64,000 nt of DNA from a virus. Lineage: Duplodnaviria; Caudoviricetes. Below are positions 8,656-19,152 of this stretch, in pieces. The stretch covers positions 205,548 through 269,547 of IMG/VR virus record IMGVR_UViG_3300010355_000898. The stretch is one strand, 5' to 3'. Positions within the stretch are counted from its first letter, which is position 1. Each line of letters begins with the position of its first letter. A model generated the notes under the pieces. That model did no database searches. It saw nothing but the letters and a program-made list of their open reading frames with translations, and had not been told where the DNA came from. A program made the translations under genes and the position numbers.

Positions 8656-10290
8656 ATGTATAATGTTACGTTTGATCAATGTAAGCAATATTTTCCACTG
8701 AAACAAGCAAGACATTCACAACAAACAGCAATTGAATTTGCAGTGAATGCTTTCAATAGTGGAAAAAAATTTGTAATACTTGAATTACCTGTTGGCTGTG
8801 GAAAGTCTGCTGTTGGTGTAACAATTGCAAACTATTTCAATTCAAATCCAATTGGAAATCAGTCAGGTGCTTACATTTTGACAACACAAAAAGTTTTACA
8901 GGATCAGTATGTTTCTGATTTTGGTCCCAAAAGTTTGAATATTTTGAGATCAATAAAATCAAGTTCAAATTATCAATGTTTACATAATAGAGATCAAACT
9001 TGTGCTGAAAGCAGAAGAGTTCTATTTCAATTGAGAGAACAATTGGCAGGAACCGAATATGCAAAAGTTTGTGGTTGTAAATGTAGTTACAAACTTGACA
9101 AAGATAAGTTTATTCAGTCTCTGATTGGTGTTACAAACTTTTCATATTTTCTTGCTGAGACAGCATATAAAGGTGATTTGACGCCAAGACAATTGTTGAT
9201 AATAGATGAAGCACACAATATTGAAAGTGAATTGTCAAAAGTGATTGAAATTTCATTTTCAGAAAAGGTTGCAAAAAAATTGTTGGGATGTAAATTGATG
9301 AAAAAACAACCAACGCAAGAGAATGTTTACAAATGGTTGACAACTTCATACATTGTAGCGCTCAAAAAATATATTGCAAATCTTCAAATCAAATTGAGTA
9401 ATGCATTGAGAACTGCAAATACAGTTCTTGGGAAAGAGTATGCTCAACAATTTGAGAAACTTGATAAACATATTTGTAAGGTTAATCGTTTCATTGATGA
9501 ATATAATCAGGAAAATTGGATTTTGAATGTAAGCATTGATGAAAAAACAAAATTGAAAAAATTTGAATTCAAACCAATTGATGTGTCAACTTATGGCAAT
9601 GACAAATTGTACAAATTTGGTGAAAAAGTTTTGTTAATGTCAGCGACAATAATCAATAAAGAAGCATTTTGTGAATCAATTGGTATACCAATGAATGATG
9701 TCGAATTTTTGAGTTTACCTTCAACATTTCCAGTTGAAAATAGACTTATTCATTTTATGCCAGTTGGAAGTATGTCAAAGTCAATTATTGATATTACATT
9801 GCCAAAAATGGCAAAAGCAATTGAATACATTCTTGACAATCATCAAGAAAAAGGAATTATTCATACTGTGAATTACAGAATTGCTCAATACATTGTTGAG
9901 AATGTAAAATCAGATAGATTACTATTACATGATGCAACAAATAGAGAAGATGTTCTAAAAAAGCATATTGAATGCAGTGAAAATACTGTATTGATTTCAC
10001 CTTCAATGACAGAAGGTGTTGATCTCTATGATCAGAACAGCAGATTTCAAATTATATGTAAGGTACCATTTCCATATTTGGGTGATGAAATGGTAAAACG
10101 CCGTATGGAAAGAAGCAAAATTTGGTACAATTTTCAGACAGCAAAAACATTGATTCAATCATTGGGAAGATCAGTGAGGAATGAAAATGATTATGCAATA
10201 TCATACATACTTGACAATGATTGGGAAAAATTCTATAAATTGAATCAATCAATATTTCCAAATGATTTCAAACAATTATTGAGGATGTAA
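8656..10290 (+). CDS. DinG/XPD-family SF2 helicase
   Basis: Q motif, PVGCGKS Walker A, Cys cluster, DEAH, MSAT, EGVD, QSLGRSVR. Confidence 0.88.
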   Translation: MYNVTFDQCKQYFPLKQARHSQQTAIEFAVNAFNSGKKFVILELPVGCGKSAVGVTIANYFNSNPIGNQSGAYILTTQKVLQDQYVSDFGPKSLNILRSIKSSSNYQCLHNRDQTCAESRRVLFQLREQLAGTEYAKVCGCKCSYKLDKDKFIQSLIGVTNFSYFLAETAYKGDLTPRQLLIIDEAHNIESELSKVIEISFSEKVAKKLLGCKLMKKQPTQENVYKWLTTSYIVALKKYIANLQIKLSNALRTANTVLGKEYAQQFEKLDKHICKVNRFIDEYNQENWILNVSIDEKTKLKKFEFKPIDVSTYGNDKLYKFGEKVLLMSATIINKEAFCESIGIPMNDVEFLSLPSTFPVENRLIHFMPVGSMSKSIIDITLPKMAKAIEYILDNHQEKGIIHTVNYRIAQYIVENVKSDRLLLHDATNREDVLKKHIECSENTVLISPSMTEGVDLYDQNSRFQIICKVPFPYLGDEMVKRRMERSKIWYNFQTAKTLIQSLGRSVRNENDYAISYILDNDWEKFYKLNQSIFPNDFKQLLRM

Positions 10291-10544
10291 TGCCAAGGAA
10301 CAAAAAAGTTGTAAATAATGTTGGTGTTGAAAGAACGCTTGAAAAATGGGAAGAGATAAAAATCTATATTCAAGCTTGTGATTTGGATGTGCACAACAAT
10401 TTATTGAAAGGTAATCTGTCTGCTGGTAGAAGGATCAGAAATGCTTTTAGAGAGATAAAAAAACTTATACATCAATTTCAGATGGAAATCATGACAATTG
10501 ATAAGAATAGAATTGAGCAAAAAGAAAACAAAGCTGATAAATAA
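10290..10544 (+). CDS. Hc1/histone H1-like small protein
   Basis: KGNLSAGRRIR resembles the KGNKAAxxRxR motif of the Hc1 family. Confidence 0.6.
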   Translation: MPRNKKVVNNVGVERTLEKWEEIKIYIQACDLDVHNNLLKGNLSAGRRIRNAFREIKKLIHQFQMEIMTIDKNRIEQKENKADK

Positions 10545-10560
10545 ATTAGAGGAAAAAGTA

Positions 10561-10875
10561 ATGCCATCATCTAGAGCAATTCTTTCAGATATTTTGCATA
10601 AAGGTTTAGATCCAAAAACATCATACACATCAACTGGCAAAGATGGAAAATTGATGCATCATATTTCTGTTGAACAAAAGATTGAGCAACCTGAACAAAA
10701 AATTGTTGAACAGGATGAAGAAATTGTTATTGAAGATATTGATGAAAATATTCAATCTGAAATTGATCAACAAAGTGTTGTTGATATCATAATTGAAGAT
10801 GATGAAAATAAAAAGCCCATTTTGAATTCAAAACAGGCTGAAAAGAATGCACAAAAGAAATCAAAGAAAAAGTAA
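10561..10875 (+). CDS. Hypothetical acidic protein with basic tail
   Basis: GAGGA RBS before ATG 10561. Confidence 0.55.
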   Translation: MPSSRAILSDILHKGLDPKTSYTSTGKDGKLMHHISVEQKIEQPEQKIVEQDEEIVIEDIDENIQSEIDQQSVVDIIIEDDENKKPILNSKQAEKNAQKKSKKK

Positions 10876-11115
10876 TTAGGTTTCTTTTTTGATTTTTGAG
10901 AAAACGTTTTTTTCAATTTGACATATTCTCATTCTTGTTAATGAGAACCATTTTCCTATTGTTTGAAGTGTGTGTGGACCATTTTGTGCTGCTATCATTA
11001 TGCAATTATGATTGTCTTCGCAATTTAACCAATGTTTACATTGTGTTCTTTGACAATGAACATTGTGTTTCATATGAGCGCCAAAACAAGTTATTCCTTC
11101 AACAATATTGTTCAT
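10876..11115 (-). CDS. Stand-alone sigma70 region-4 HTH protein with N-terminal Cys/His cluster
   Basis: HTLQTIGKWFSLTRMRICQIEKNVFSKI aligns with sigma70 4.2 ([27 protein letters not shown]). Confidence 0.75.
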   Translation of the reverse strand: MNNIVEGITCFGAHMKHNVHCQRTQCKHWLNCEDNHNCIMIAAQNGPHTLQTIGKWFSLTRMRICQIEKNVFSKIKKET

Positions 11116-11181
11116 AATTTAACCATCTATGATATAATGTAATTAACGCCTCTGAACATGTTCATTGGCTATGGAGATACA

Positions 11182-12543
11182 GTGAGTAAAAAAACATACG
11201 TTCTTGATACAAATGTTCTTTTGAGCGATCCAAACTGTTTACATGCTTTTGAAGAGAATGATATCATAATTCCAATGGCAGTATTGGAAGAACTTGACAA
11301 ACAAAAAAGTCGTCAAGATGATACAGGCAGAAATGCAAGAATTATTTCAAGAATGTTGGATGATCTTAGAGATGGTTCAGGTATACTGAAAACAGGTGTT
11401 TCACTTGGAGAAAATTTTGGTAAGTTGAATGTTGCAACAATGCAATCTGACTATATGAAAAACTTACCACCAGAAATGGTTGCATCAAAAGTTGATAACG
11501 TAATCATTGCATTCATGTTGCAATTGAAAAATAATAAACAGGAAGCAATATTGATATCAAAAGACATCAATGTTAGACTTAAATGTGACAGTTTAGGTGT
11601 TAAATGTGAAGATTACAGAAAAATGAAAGTTGCTTCTGATAGGACGATGTTGTATACTGGAGTACAAGTTGTCGACATATCAAATGAAATGATAAATGAA
11701 TTCTATCAGAACAGATCATTACCAATTAAGGGTATTACTGAAACAGCACATCCAAATGAAATGTTTGTTTTGAAATGTGAAGGATCACAGAGTGCATTGG
11801 CAAAATGTGTTAATCAAAGTTTGGTTCCAATTTTGGATATCAAAAAGGTGCATGGTTTAACACCAAAAAACAAAGAACAAAAATTTGCACTAGACCTACT
11901 ATTTGATCCCAACATAAAGATGGTTTCATTGATAGGAATTCCAGGTTCTGGAAAAACAATATTGGCACTAGCTGCAGGTTTGGATCAGTTGAACTCAATA
12001 GCATCAAATGGAATGTCAAGATATGAGAGAATAATTGTTACAAAACCAGTCTTACCAGTTGGACATGATATTGGATTTTTGCCCGGATCTCTTGAAGAGA
12101 AGATGGAACCATGGGTTGCGCCAATCAAAGATAATCTGAATTTTTTGATGTCAAATTCAGAACATGATGCAAGAAAAAAGAAGTTTGGTTTAAAGAGTGA
12201 AAGGAATGAATACATGTCAATGATGCTTGACAAGGGTCTCATAGAAATTGAGGCAATTACATTCATTAGAGGACGTTCAATTCCAAATTCTTATATCATA
12301 ATAGATGAAGCACAAAATATATCATTGCATGAATTGAAGACAATCATAACTCGAGTTGGTGAAGGGACAAAAATAGTTTTGACTGGTGATATTGATCAGA
12401 TAGATAATGTGCATTTGGATGCATACACAAATGGTTTAACATATGCTGCAGAAAAATTTAAGAATGTTTCAATTGCTGGACACATAAGTCTCATTAAGGG
12501 TGAAAGATCTGAGTTGGCAACACTTGCAGCCAATATTCTTTGA
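11182..12543 (+). CDS. phoH: PhoH2-type PIN + PhoH ATPase
   Basis: YVLDTNVLL (PIN), GIPGSGKT, GFLPG, RGRS, IIDEAQN, GDIDQID; GGAG before GTG 11182. Confidence 0.93.
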   Translation: MSKKTYVLDTNVLLSDPNCLHAFEENDIIIPMAVLEELDKQKSRQDDTGRNARIISRMLDDLRDGSGILKTGVSLGENFGKLNVATMQSDYMKNLPPEMVASKVDNVIIAFMLQLKNNKQEAILISKDINVRLKCDSLGVKCEDYRKMKVASDRTMLYTGVQVVDISNEMINEFYQNRSLPIKGITETAHPNEMFVLKCEGSQSALAKCVNQSLVPILDIKKVHGLTPKNKEQKFALDLLFDPNIKMVSLIGIPGSGKTILALAAGLDQLNSIASNGMSRYERIIVTKPVLPVGHDIGFLPGSLEEKMEPWVAPIKDNLNFLMSNSEHDARKKKFGLKSERNEYMSMMLDKGLIEIEAITFIRGRSIPNSYIIIDEAQNISLHELKTIITRVGEGTKIVLTGDIDQIDNVHLDAYTNGLTYAAEKFKNVSIAGHISLIKGERSELATLAANIL

Positions 12544-12576
12544 CATCAAGATGCCCTCAGAGAATACTTTAATGTT

Positions 12577-13545
12577 ATGAGTGGAATACTTGACAGCAAA
12601 ACAAGAGTTATTGATACTGTCATTACAGATGAAGGCCGTAGGCAAATTTTGCAGGGCGGCCTTCAGGTAAAATATGTGTCATTTAATGACATTGGAATTT
12701 CTTATGAAGAAGATATTGTAAGTGGGTCAGTTGATCCTGCTGGAAAGATATATCTTGAGGCATCAAAACTTCCTTGGGACATGATTGTTTTTGAAGCTGA
12801 TGATTCTGGAAAAATAACAACTGCACTGAATGGTGTAATGTCACAGAACAGTACACTCATAAACAATGGAAATATTGTTCAGACTGAAAACATATCCGGA
12901 TCAATTGTTTCAACAATATTGTCAGGTTCTGAATTTGCATCAACTGCGGGTGATATCATTTCCATTACAACAAATTCAGTACAGAAGATGCAGCAACTTG
13001 GATATGATGACAATCAGTATGATGATATCAATATAGATCTTATTCCAAATGCGTACAGTTTCAAAAAAGATTTGCAATTACAAAATGCATATGATCAATT
13101 GAATATTGATGTAATGGATACAATGATCACAGATGGAAAATTGAGAGGAAAAATCAATTTTCAGTTTTTGCCACCAATCAATTCAACTGATGGAAAAGTC
13201 ATTGGAAAATATACAGACGTTAGATCATATGTTTCTCAACAAAAGGCAATCCCTTTTCAGGATGGTGGAAAATATATGAAAGCAAGCCTATTTCAAGAAT
13301 TGAAAAATCTTGATGATAATGGTATGAAAAAAACATTTGCAATAGAAAAAGTTTCAAGAACAAATAATATTGCATTACAAATTTATGAAATCGAGAATGA
13401 TACCATAACAAAACTTGATATGATTTCATTGGTTGATGATGATAACCAATATTTTGGCGGAAGATCAGTCTATTCAATTGGCAAAGTTTTTCAAAATAGT
13501 TTGGAACAAGATGTTTTCGTGAATATATTCAATCTTGTGATATGA
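12577..13545 (+). CDS. Putative baseplate/tail structural protein (paralog of 21098 ORF)
   Basis: N-terminus GILD...DTVITDEGRRQI...F.D shared with the 21098 ORF; SGS motifs. Confidence 0.5.
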   Translation: MSGILDSKTRVIDTVITDEGRRQILQGGLQVKYVSFNDIGISYEEDIVSGSVDPAGKIYLEASKLPWDMIVFEADDSGKITTALNGVMSQNSTLINNGNIVQTENISGSIVSTILSGSEFASTAGDIISITTNSVQKMQQLGYDDNQYDDINIDLIPNAYSFKKDLQLQNAYDQLNIDVMDTMITDGKLRGKINFQFLPPINSTDGKVIGKYTDVRSYVSQQKAIPFQDGGKYMKASLFQELKNLDDNGMKKTFAIEKVSRTNNIALQIYEIENDTITKLDMISLVDDDNQYFGGRSVYSIGKVFQNSLEQDVFVNIFNLVI

Positions 13546-13564
13546 ATAGATGGAGTAATAGAAC

Positions 13565-15859
13565 ATGTTTGTAAATTTGACAGATCTGAAACAAACAAAT
13601 TTGCTCACTGTCGGTGATGGAAATTCATTTGCAGATTTGATCAATATTGCTGATATGAATGCTGAATTCAATCTATTTTGTAGCATAAACAAAGAATTGG
13701 CAAAACAGGTTAATGCAACAAAAATAACTGTTTCGATCAAAAAGAACACAAATCCAGTACCAGGTACAATTGCAGCAAGTATTGAAGGTGGTGTTATCAA
13801 TTCACAAAAATTGATTGATAATGCTGTGATGCAATACAAAAAATCTGTTGATGAAATGGATAAAGCAAATGTTAATGTTGCAATACAATCAGTAGCTGTC
13901 AGTCAAGTTGTGAATGCGAATACAGTTTCAAAAAAGTTATCATTTGAACAGAACAGTGCCATATCACTTGAAACTATGAAACAATTGTATGATGTTGCGC
14001 CATCAAAACAGGCATTCATTGATCTGATCAATGACGGCATTGATCCATCAACAATTGTGCAAATGAATCATTACAGTTCAACAGCACAACACAATATTTC
14101 TGGTCTTACAACTACAATAAAGAGTTCAAATTTGAACAAAAAACAGACAGATTTGTTGAATATGATGTTGAATGGTGTGTTTACAAATTCAAATACATTT
14201 CTAAATCAAACATTTGATATAGTGAATGATATTGATGGTGAATTTGAATTCAATGTTTTGCTGCCAACCTATTTGGGAAATTGTACAGTTGTTTTCACTG
14301 TGTATGATAATAGGTCAACACAATTGAAAAAAGTTGAGAGACAACTGAACATTTCATCATTTATTGAAAACTATTTGGTTCCAAAAACTGCACCAATTGT
14401 GAAGAAAAAATCAGTATCAAATGGTACATTTCTCAACATAAAACAGACATCAAATGTTGCAACCGGTGTACTAATTTTTAGAAAAAATGTAACATCACTT
14501 GAAAATTATGAATTGATTGACAATATCAAATTGACAGCATTGAATGACATCAATTATAAGATTGATGAAATCAGATCAAATACCATGATCTATAGGGTTG
14601 TGTCATATGGTCCTGATGAACGATATATTTCATCAACATATACAAATGTTGTTGCATTGAAAAATCTTCAAAAGAATTATCTTTCTAGTATACTATCATT
14701 CAATATTTTCCAATCAGACAATAGTGTTAAGTTTTCATTATCAGGTTTGAGCAAAAGCAAATATCAGATTGCCGGAATTCAATTGTTTAGAAGAAATCTA
14801 ACATTCAAAGAGACTGAATATACATCGATAACAGAAATTGAACCAATAGATGGAGATCTTTATGAAAAGATATCATTGGTAGAAAAATATGGATATGTGT
14901 ATGAATACTATCCGCGAATATTTTTTAAGAATGGAACAAAGTATGACTTTATTACGAAAGTCATTGATCTAATCGAACCAAATCCAGATAAAATTGACAC
15001 AAAAATTTCAAACTTTGTAATCATTGATCAGGGTGATCTTGAATTGAATGTTCAATTTGATGTCATTTCAAATTATGTTGACAATTCAATTCAAAACTTG
15101 AAAAATTTGTTAACTGATAATGGTGTGTATGATCTGTATGCAACACTTTTTGATGAACAGAAAATTCAATTATCAGATGTGATTGCACATCATATTCAAA
15201 GAGTTAACAACACAACGGGAGATGTTGAATATCTTGGAATTATTGATAATGGAAAATTTGATGATATTGCACAATCAAAAAAATCATCTGCAAAATCATT
15301 GAATTCAGAACATTCATATACATATGAAATTTTTACGTTATTGAAATCTGCTGAAACGTTATTTGAGACAAATATAAAATTGCAAACAGATACAATATCA
15401 AATAAGAAATTCATCTTTAATGTTCCAAAATATAGAAATAGTGAAACATTGAAATCTGGATGTGTTTATACTTTGCAAGGATTAGATTTGAAAATTGGAA
15501 AAGATCATTTCAATTATGGAATAATTGGTGAACCAATTGTACAAACTGTTGATTTCAAAAGAACAACTGCAACAATAACTCAACAATCTGTTGTGAGAGC
15601 AGAAACTGATTTGAATATCATTACATGGGAAGTTGTTGGTGATATCAAAACAATTGATCATTTCATAATCATGAAATGTAATGACGTAACAAAAACAATA
15701 ATTGATGTAGTTCATTCTGGCTTTATTGGAAATTCTTGTTTTTATCAACACAAATTGCATCCAAAATATGACACAGGAGAATTTCAATATTTCATAAGAC
15801 CAGTATTCAATACATATGATATTGGCGCACCAACCTATACAGATAAGGTGACCATATAA
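13565..15859 (+). CDS. Large hypothetical protein, probably beta-rich virion protein
   Basis: 764 aa; FN3-like strands (YRVVSYG, YEYYP, YFIRPV). Confidence 0.45.
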   Translation: MFVNLTDLKQTNLLTVGDGNSFADLINIADMNAEFNLFCSINKELAKQVNATKITVSIKKNTNPVPGTIAASIEGGVINSQKLIDNAVMQYKKSVDEMDKANVNVAIQSVAVSQVVNANTVSKKLSFEQNSAISLETMKQLYDVAPSKQAFIDLINDGIDPSTIVQMNHYSSTAQHNISGLTTTIKSSNLNKKQTDLLNMMLNGVFTNSNTFLNQTFDIVNDIDGEFEFNVLLPTYLGNCTVVFTVYDNRSTQLKKVERQLNISSFIENYLVPKTAPIVKKKSVSNGTFLNIKQTSNVATGVLIFRKNVTSLENYELIDNIKLTALNDINYKIDEIRSNTMIYRVVSYGPDERYISSTYTNVVALKNLQKNYLSSILSFNIFQSDNSVKFSLSGLSKSKYQIAGIQLFRRNLTFKETEYTSITEIEPIDGDLYEKISLVEKYGYVYEYYPRIFFKNGTKYDFITKVIDLIEPNPDKIDTKISNFVIIDQGDLELNVQFDVISNYVDNSIQNLKNLLTDNGVYDLYATLFDEQKIQLSDVIAHHIQRVNNTTGDVEYLGIIDNGKFDDIAQSKKSSAKSLNSEHSYTYEIFTLLKSAETLFETNIKLQTDTISNKKFIFNVPKYRNSETLKSGCVYTLQGLDLKIGKDHFNYGIIGEPIVQTVDFKRTTATITQQSVVRAETDLNIITWEVVGDIKTIDHFIIMKCNDVTKTIIDVVHSGFIGNSCFYQHKLHPKYDTGEFQYFIRPVFNTYDIGAPTYTDKVTI

Positions 15860-18800
15860 TGCCAAATGTTAACACAATTGTTTACAATTCAACATCACAA
15901 ATAGCTTCTGCAATCAATACAAAACAGTATGAAGTTGTCGGTATTAACACAGATACGCCAACAGTGATATTGTTGTCTGAGTTCAAACCATTGTATGATT
16001 ATAAGGACGGCGGCTATTCATTAACAAATGAAGGACAATTTCTTCAAAAACAGTTGTCAACACAAAATGTGTTGAATACATCAATCAGAAAATTGTTGAA
16101 AAATTTGAAAACAAATACATCAACTTCAAAAATGACAATTCAAACAGTAATAGATCAAACATTGTCATTATTACAAAGTGCGCAATTGGTTGAACCATTT
16201 TTTGACATAAAATCATTGAAAACAAATGCAATCGTATATGCAAAGTCTCAAACTGCATACAACAATCAATTGGAAATTGAATCAATATATTTGAACAGAA
16301 TTCCTGCAATCATACCATCAGAGATCACAATTTCAGATCTGTTGAAAACGTTTGGTTATACTCAAATTGAAAAATGGTCACCAATGAAATTGTATCAACA
16401 ATTGTTGGTCGAATTGAGACATTTAATTGTGTCACAATCACCAGTTTTTAGTTTTGAAACTAATTCAAGAACAACATCAATATCATTAACAAATCATCAA
16501 AATGGAATATTCATTCCAAATGATATTGTTCTGATACCACCATGGCCTGTTAGTGATGTGCAGAGATTATTGTATAGCAATCTTGTTGTTGGTACAACAG
16601 ATTATTCATCAAATGATCTAATCAATTATGCAAAAGGTGTTGTCAATTCATTAATGCCCTATAAATCAAAATTTCAAGGTGATAAATGTATTTGTCAACT
16701 TGCAATGATGTTATCAAAAGAATTCAATATTTCAACAGCACTAAATTCAAAAGAAGTTTTGAGTGCATTGGCTGGTAAATGGATGCCTCCACCACTTGAG
16801 AATGTTGAAAATGATTATGCTGTAATTGATGCAATAATTGGAAAATTTATCACTGATGTAAATCAACCACACAATACGTTGGATAATTCACTCATAAATT
16901 CAGCATATACAATTGATTTTGATGGAAACTATGTAACAAACATTTCTGGTGGTTCTGATTGTGTACTCAAATCACCACAACAACATTATATTGATGAAAC
17001 ATTTTCAAACGTAACAAAAGACAATAATGGTAACACGAAGTTTGTAACAACAAATTGTGATGCAAGAATTAAACAATTGGATGATAATTTGAATACATTA
17101 CAAACATTTGCGAAGTATTCAAATTTGTATGGCGCAAAAACAAAATTGAAATATAAGCTATCAACTGGTGGTAGTCTTGTTGACGTTCAAACAAATTTAA
17201 CAAATCATACAAAATTGTTTGAAGACATTTTCAATATGATGTATCAATTGAGTTCAACACAAAATGTTGATGGCACAAAAACATACTATGTTGATGAAAT
17301 TGACAAATTGACAGCAGTGTATGTTGACAACAAGATTGAAAAAGTATCAAAATCATTATCATTCAAGCTGTTATGTTCAGCAGCATTGGCAGATGTGACA
17401 ACAATGACAAGATTGATGGCACTCATTTTGTGGAAAATGAACATAAATCCAGCAAATACATTTGCAAATAACAGAATGAAAGATATTGTAACTCAACTTG
17501 TTAGTTCTGTTTTTGTTTCTCAAGGTACATATAAGCTCAGCAATAAACAACAATTTATGTATGCAAGTGCAAATTATGCATCTACATACAAGATGAAATC
17601 ATTTGTTGAATCAACAACAAAAGTACTCATGTATGGTGCAGACACACAAGGAATTGATGTTTTTGAAAACGTTGTGTCATATATAAAAGCAATGTTAAGT
17701 CTGTATGAAAATAATGCATGCAGATCAACAACCACTGGTTTCAAAACGAGCAGATTTGGTGGTTATTCAATGTTATTGATTGCATTGTTGATGACAAATT
17801 TGGTGATAAGAATTACAGCACAATTTTCACCATATTCATTGCAAGCTTCTGTTGCAACAACAGATACTCTTGGTAATGGTTTAGTTGTACAGATTGACAG
17901 TCAAAAAACACTTTATGGAACAAAGTATCAAAATATTGAGAATATTCTTGAAAAAGAATATGGGTACATGACACAAGCTCTGTTTTCAATTGAAGATATG
18001 ATCCAAAAAACAAGATCTCAACTGTCAGGATTTATATCTTCAATAAATGGAATTTCTGTTGAAAAGAATGAATTTAGAAATTTGTTATCAACAATTGGTG
18101 GTGATTTGATCAAATTTGCATCACCAATATCACGATCACATTTTAACATAGTCAAGGATACACAACTATCATTACCTAAAAATTTTGATCCAATGAAATC
18201 ACAATCTGTTGATGAATTGTTGGATTTGATTGATACAACCGATTATGGTACTGATTTTTACAATCTATTGTTGTCACATTTTAAGCAACAGGATTATTCA
18301 ATTTCTAACAAATCATTCAATAAAAAAATCATATCAGTTGGAATTCCAAATGGTATGGCAGAGAAATTGAGAAAAGCTTCATATTATGAAAATGATACGT
18401 ATGAAAATGATATCATATCAATTATGATAACAAAGATTGACAATTTTCAAAAAGACATTGTTTTCAACAAGAAAGAATATATGTTTGAATTGTCAAGATT
18501 TGTGAAGCGTGATATGACATCGATTAAGTCAGTGAAAGATTTGACATCATCAGATGATGTGATCACAAATATACAGACATACAATTTTGCAAATTTGGAT
18601 AATCAAAATTATCAGGGAAAAACTTACCCTGAAAGTCTTTCAGAACAACAATATTCAAATTTGACACAAACTGGTAAAAAAAACATGATTTATAATCATA
18701 TCATGAGTTTCTTTTTATCAATCTATATGCAAAAATTCACTGGTGTAAAACTTATGGAAGAACAGTATTCATTGGTCGACAACACTGTTGATACACAACT

Positions 18801-19152
18801 TTCATCTCTCATTGCAAATCAATTTGCAAATACAAATCTTATTTCGCCAAAATTTGTTTCAGAAACAAATGATTATCTAACAAACAGATTGAAGTCTGTT
18901 GACAACCAATCACTCATTATGCAATTGATGACACCAAAAAAGTTTGATAGAATATTCAATATTATTTTTGATCCAGATGATTTTACAATTGATCTCATAA
19001 AAACAGCATCAACTGATGTTGGTAAAAAAGTTTTGAATCAATTGTTGACAACAGGAAAAATGCAACAAAAATCTGGCGTTGGTATCCTTTCTAAAAAAGG
19101 AAAACAAGATATATCATTTGATAGTTACTTTGTAACAGTGAGAAACGTCTAA
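15859..19152 (+). CDS. Large hypothetical protein (putative virion)
   Basis: 1097-aa ORF coupled to its neighbours within the structural operon. Confidence 0.45.
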   Translation: MPNVNTIVYNSTSQIASAINTKQYEVVGINTDTPTVILLSEFKPLYDYKDGGYSLTNEGQFLQKQLSTQNVLNTSIRKLLKNLKTNTSTSKMTIQTVIDQTLSLLQSAQLVEPFFDIKSLKTNAIVYAKSQTAYNNQLEIESIYLNRIPAIIPSEITISDLLKTFGYTQIEKWSPMKLYQQLLVELRHLIVSQSPVFSFETNSRTTSISLTNHQNGIFIPNDIVLIPPWPVSDVQRLLYSNLVVGTTDYSSNDLINYAKGVVNSLMPYKSKFQGDKCICQLAMMLSKEFNISTALNSKEVLSALAGKWMPPPLENVENDYAVIDAIIGKFITDVNQPHNTLDNSLINSAYTIDFDGNYVTNISGGSDCVLKSPQQHYIDETFSNVTKDNNGNTKFVTTNCDARIKQLDDNLNTLQTFAKYSNLYGAKTKLKYKLSTGGSLVDVQTNLTNHTKLFEDIFNMMYQLSSTQNVDGTKTYYVDEIDKLTAVYVDNKIEKVSKSLSFKLLCSAALADVTTMTRLMALILWKMNINPANTFANNRMKDIVTQLVSSVFVSQGTYKLSNKQQFMYASANYASTYKMKSFVESTTKVLMYGADTQGIDVFENVVSYIKAMLSLYENNACRSTTTGFKTSRFGGYSMLLIALLMTNLVIRITAQFSPYSLQASVATTDTLGNGLVVQIDSQKTLYGTKYQNIENILEKEYGYMTQALFSIEDMIQKTRSQLSGFISSINGISVEKNEFRNLLSTIGGDLIKFASPISRSHFNIVKDTQLSLPKNFDPMKSQSVDELLDLIDTTDYGTDFYNLLLSHFKQQDYSISNKSFNKKIISVGIPNGMAEKLRKASYYENDTYENDIISIMITKIDNFQKDIVFNKKEYMFELSRFVKRDMTSIKSVKDLTSSDDVITNIQTYNFANLDNQNYQGKTYPESLSEQQYSNLTQTGKKNMIYNHIMSFFLSIYMQKFTGVKLMEEQYSLVDNTVDTQLSSLIANQFANTNLISPKFVSETNDYLTNRLKSVDNQSLIMQLMTPKKFDRIFNIIFDPDDFTIDLIKTASTDVGKKVLNQLLTTGKMQQKSGVGILSKKGKQDISFDSYFVTVRNV

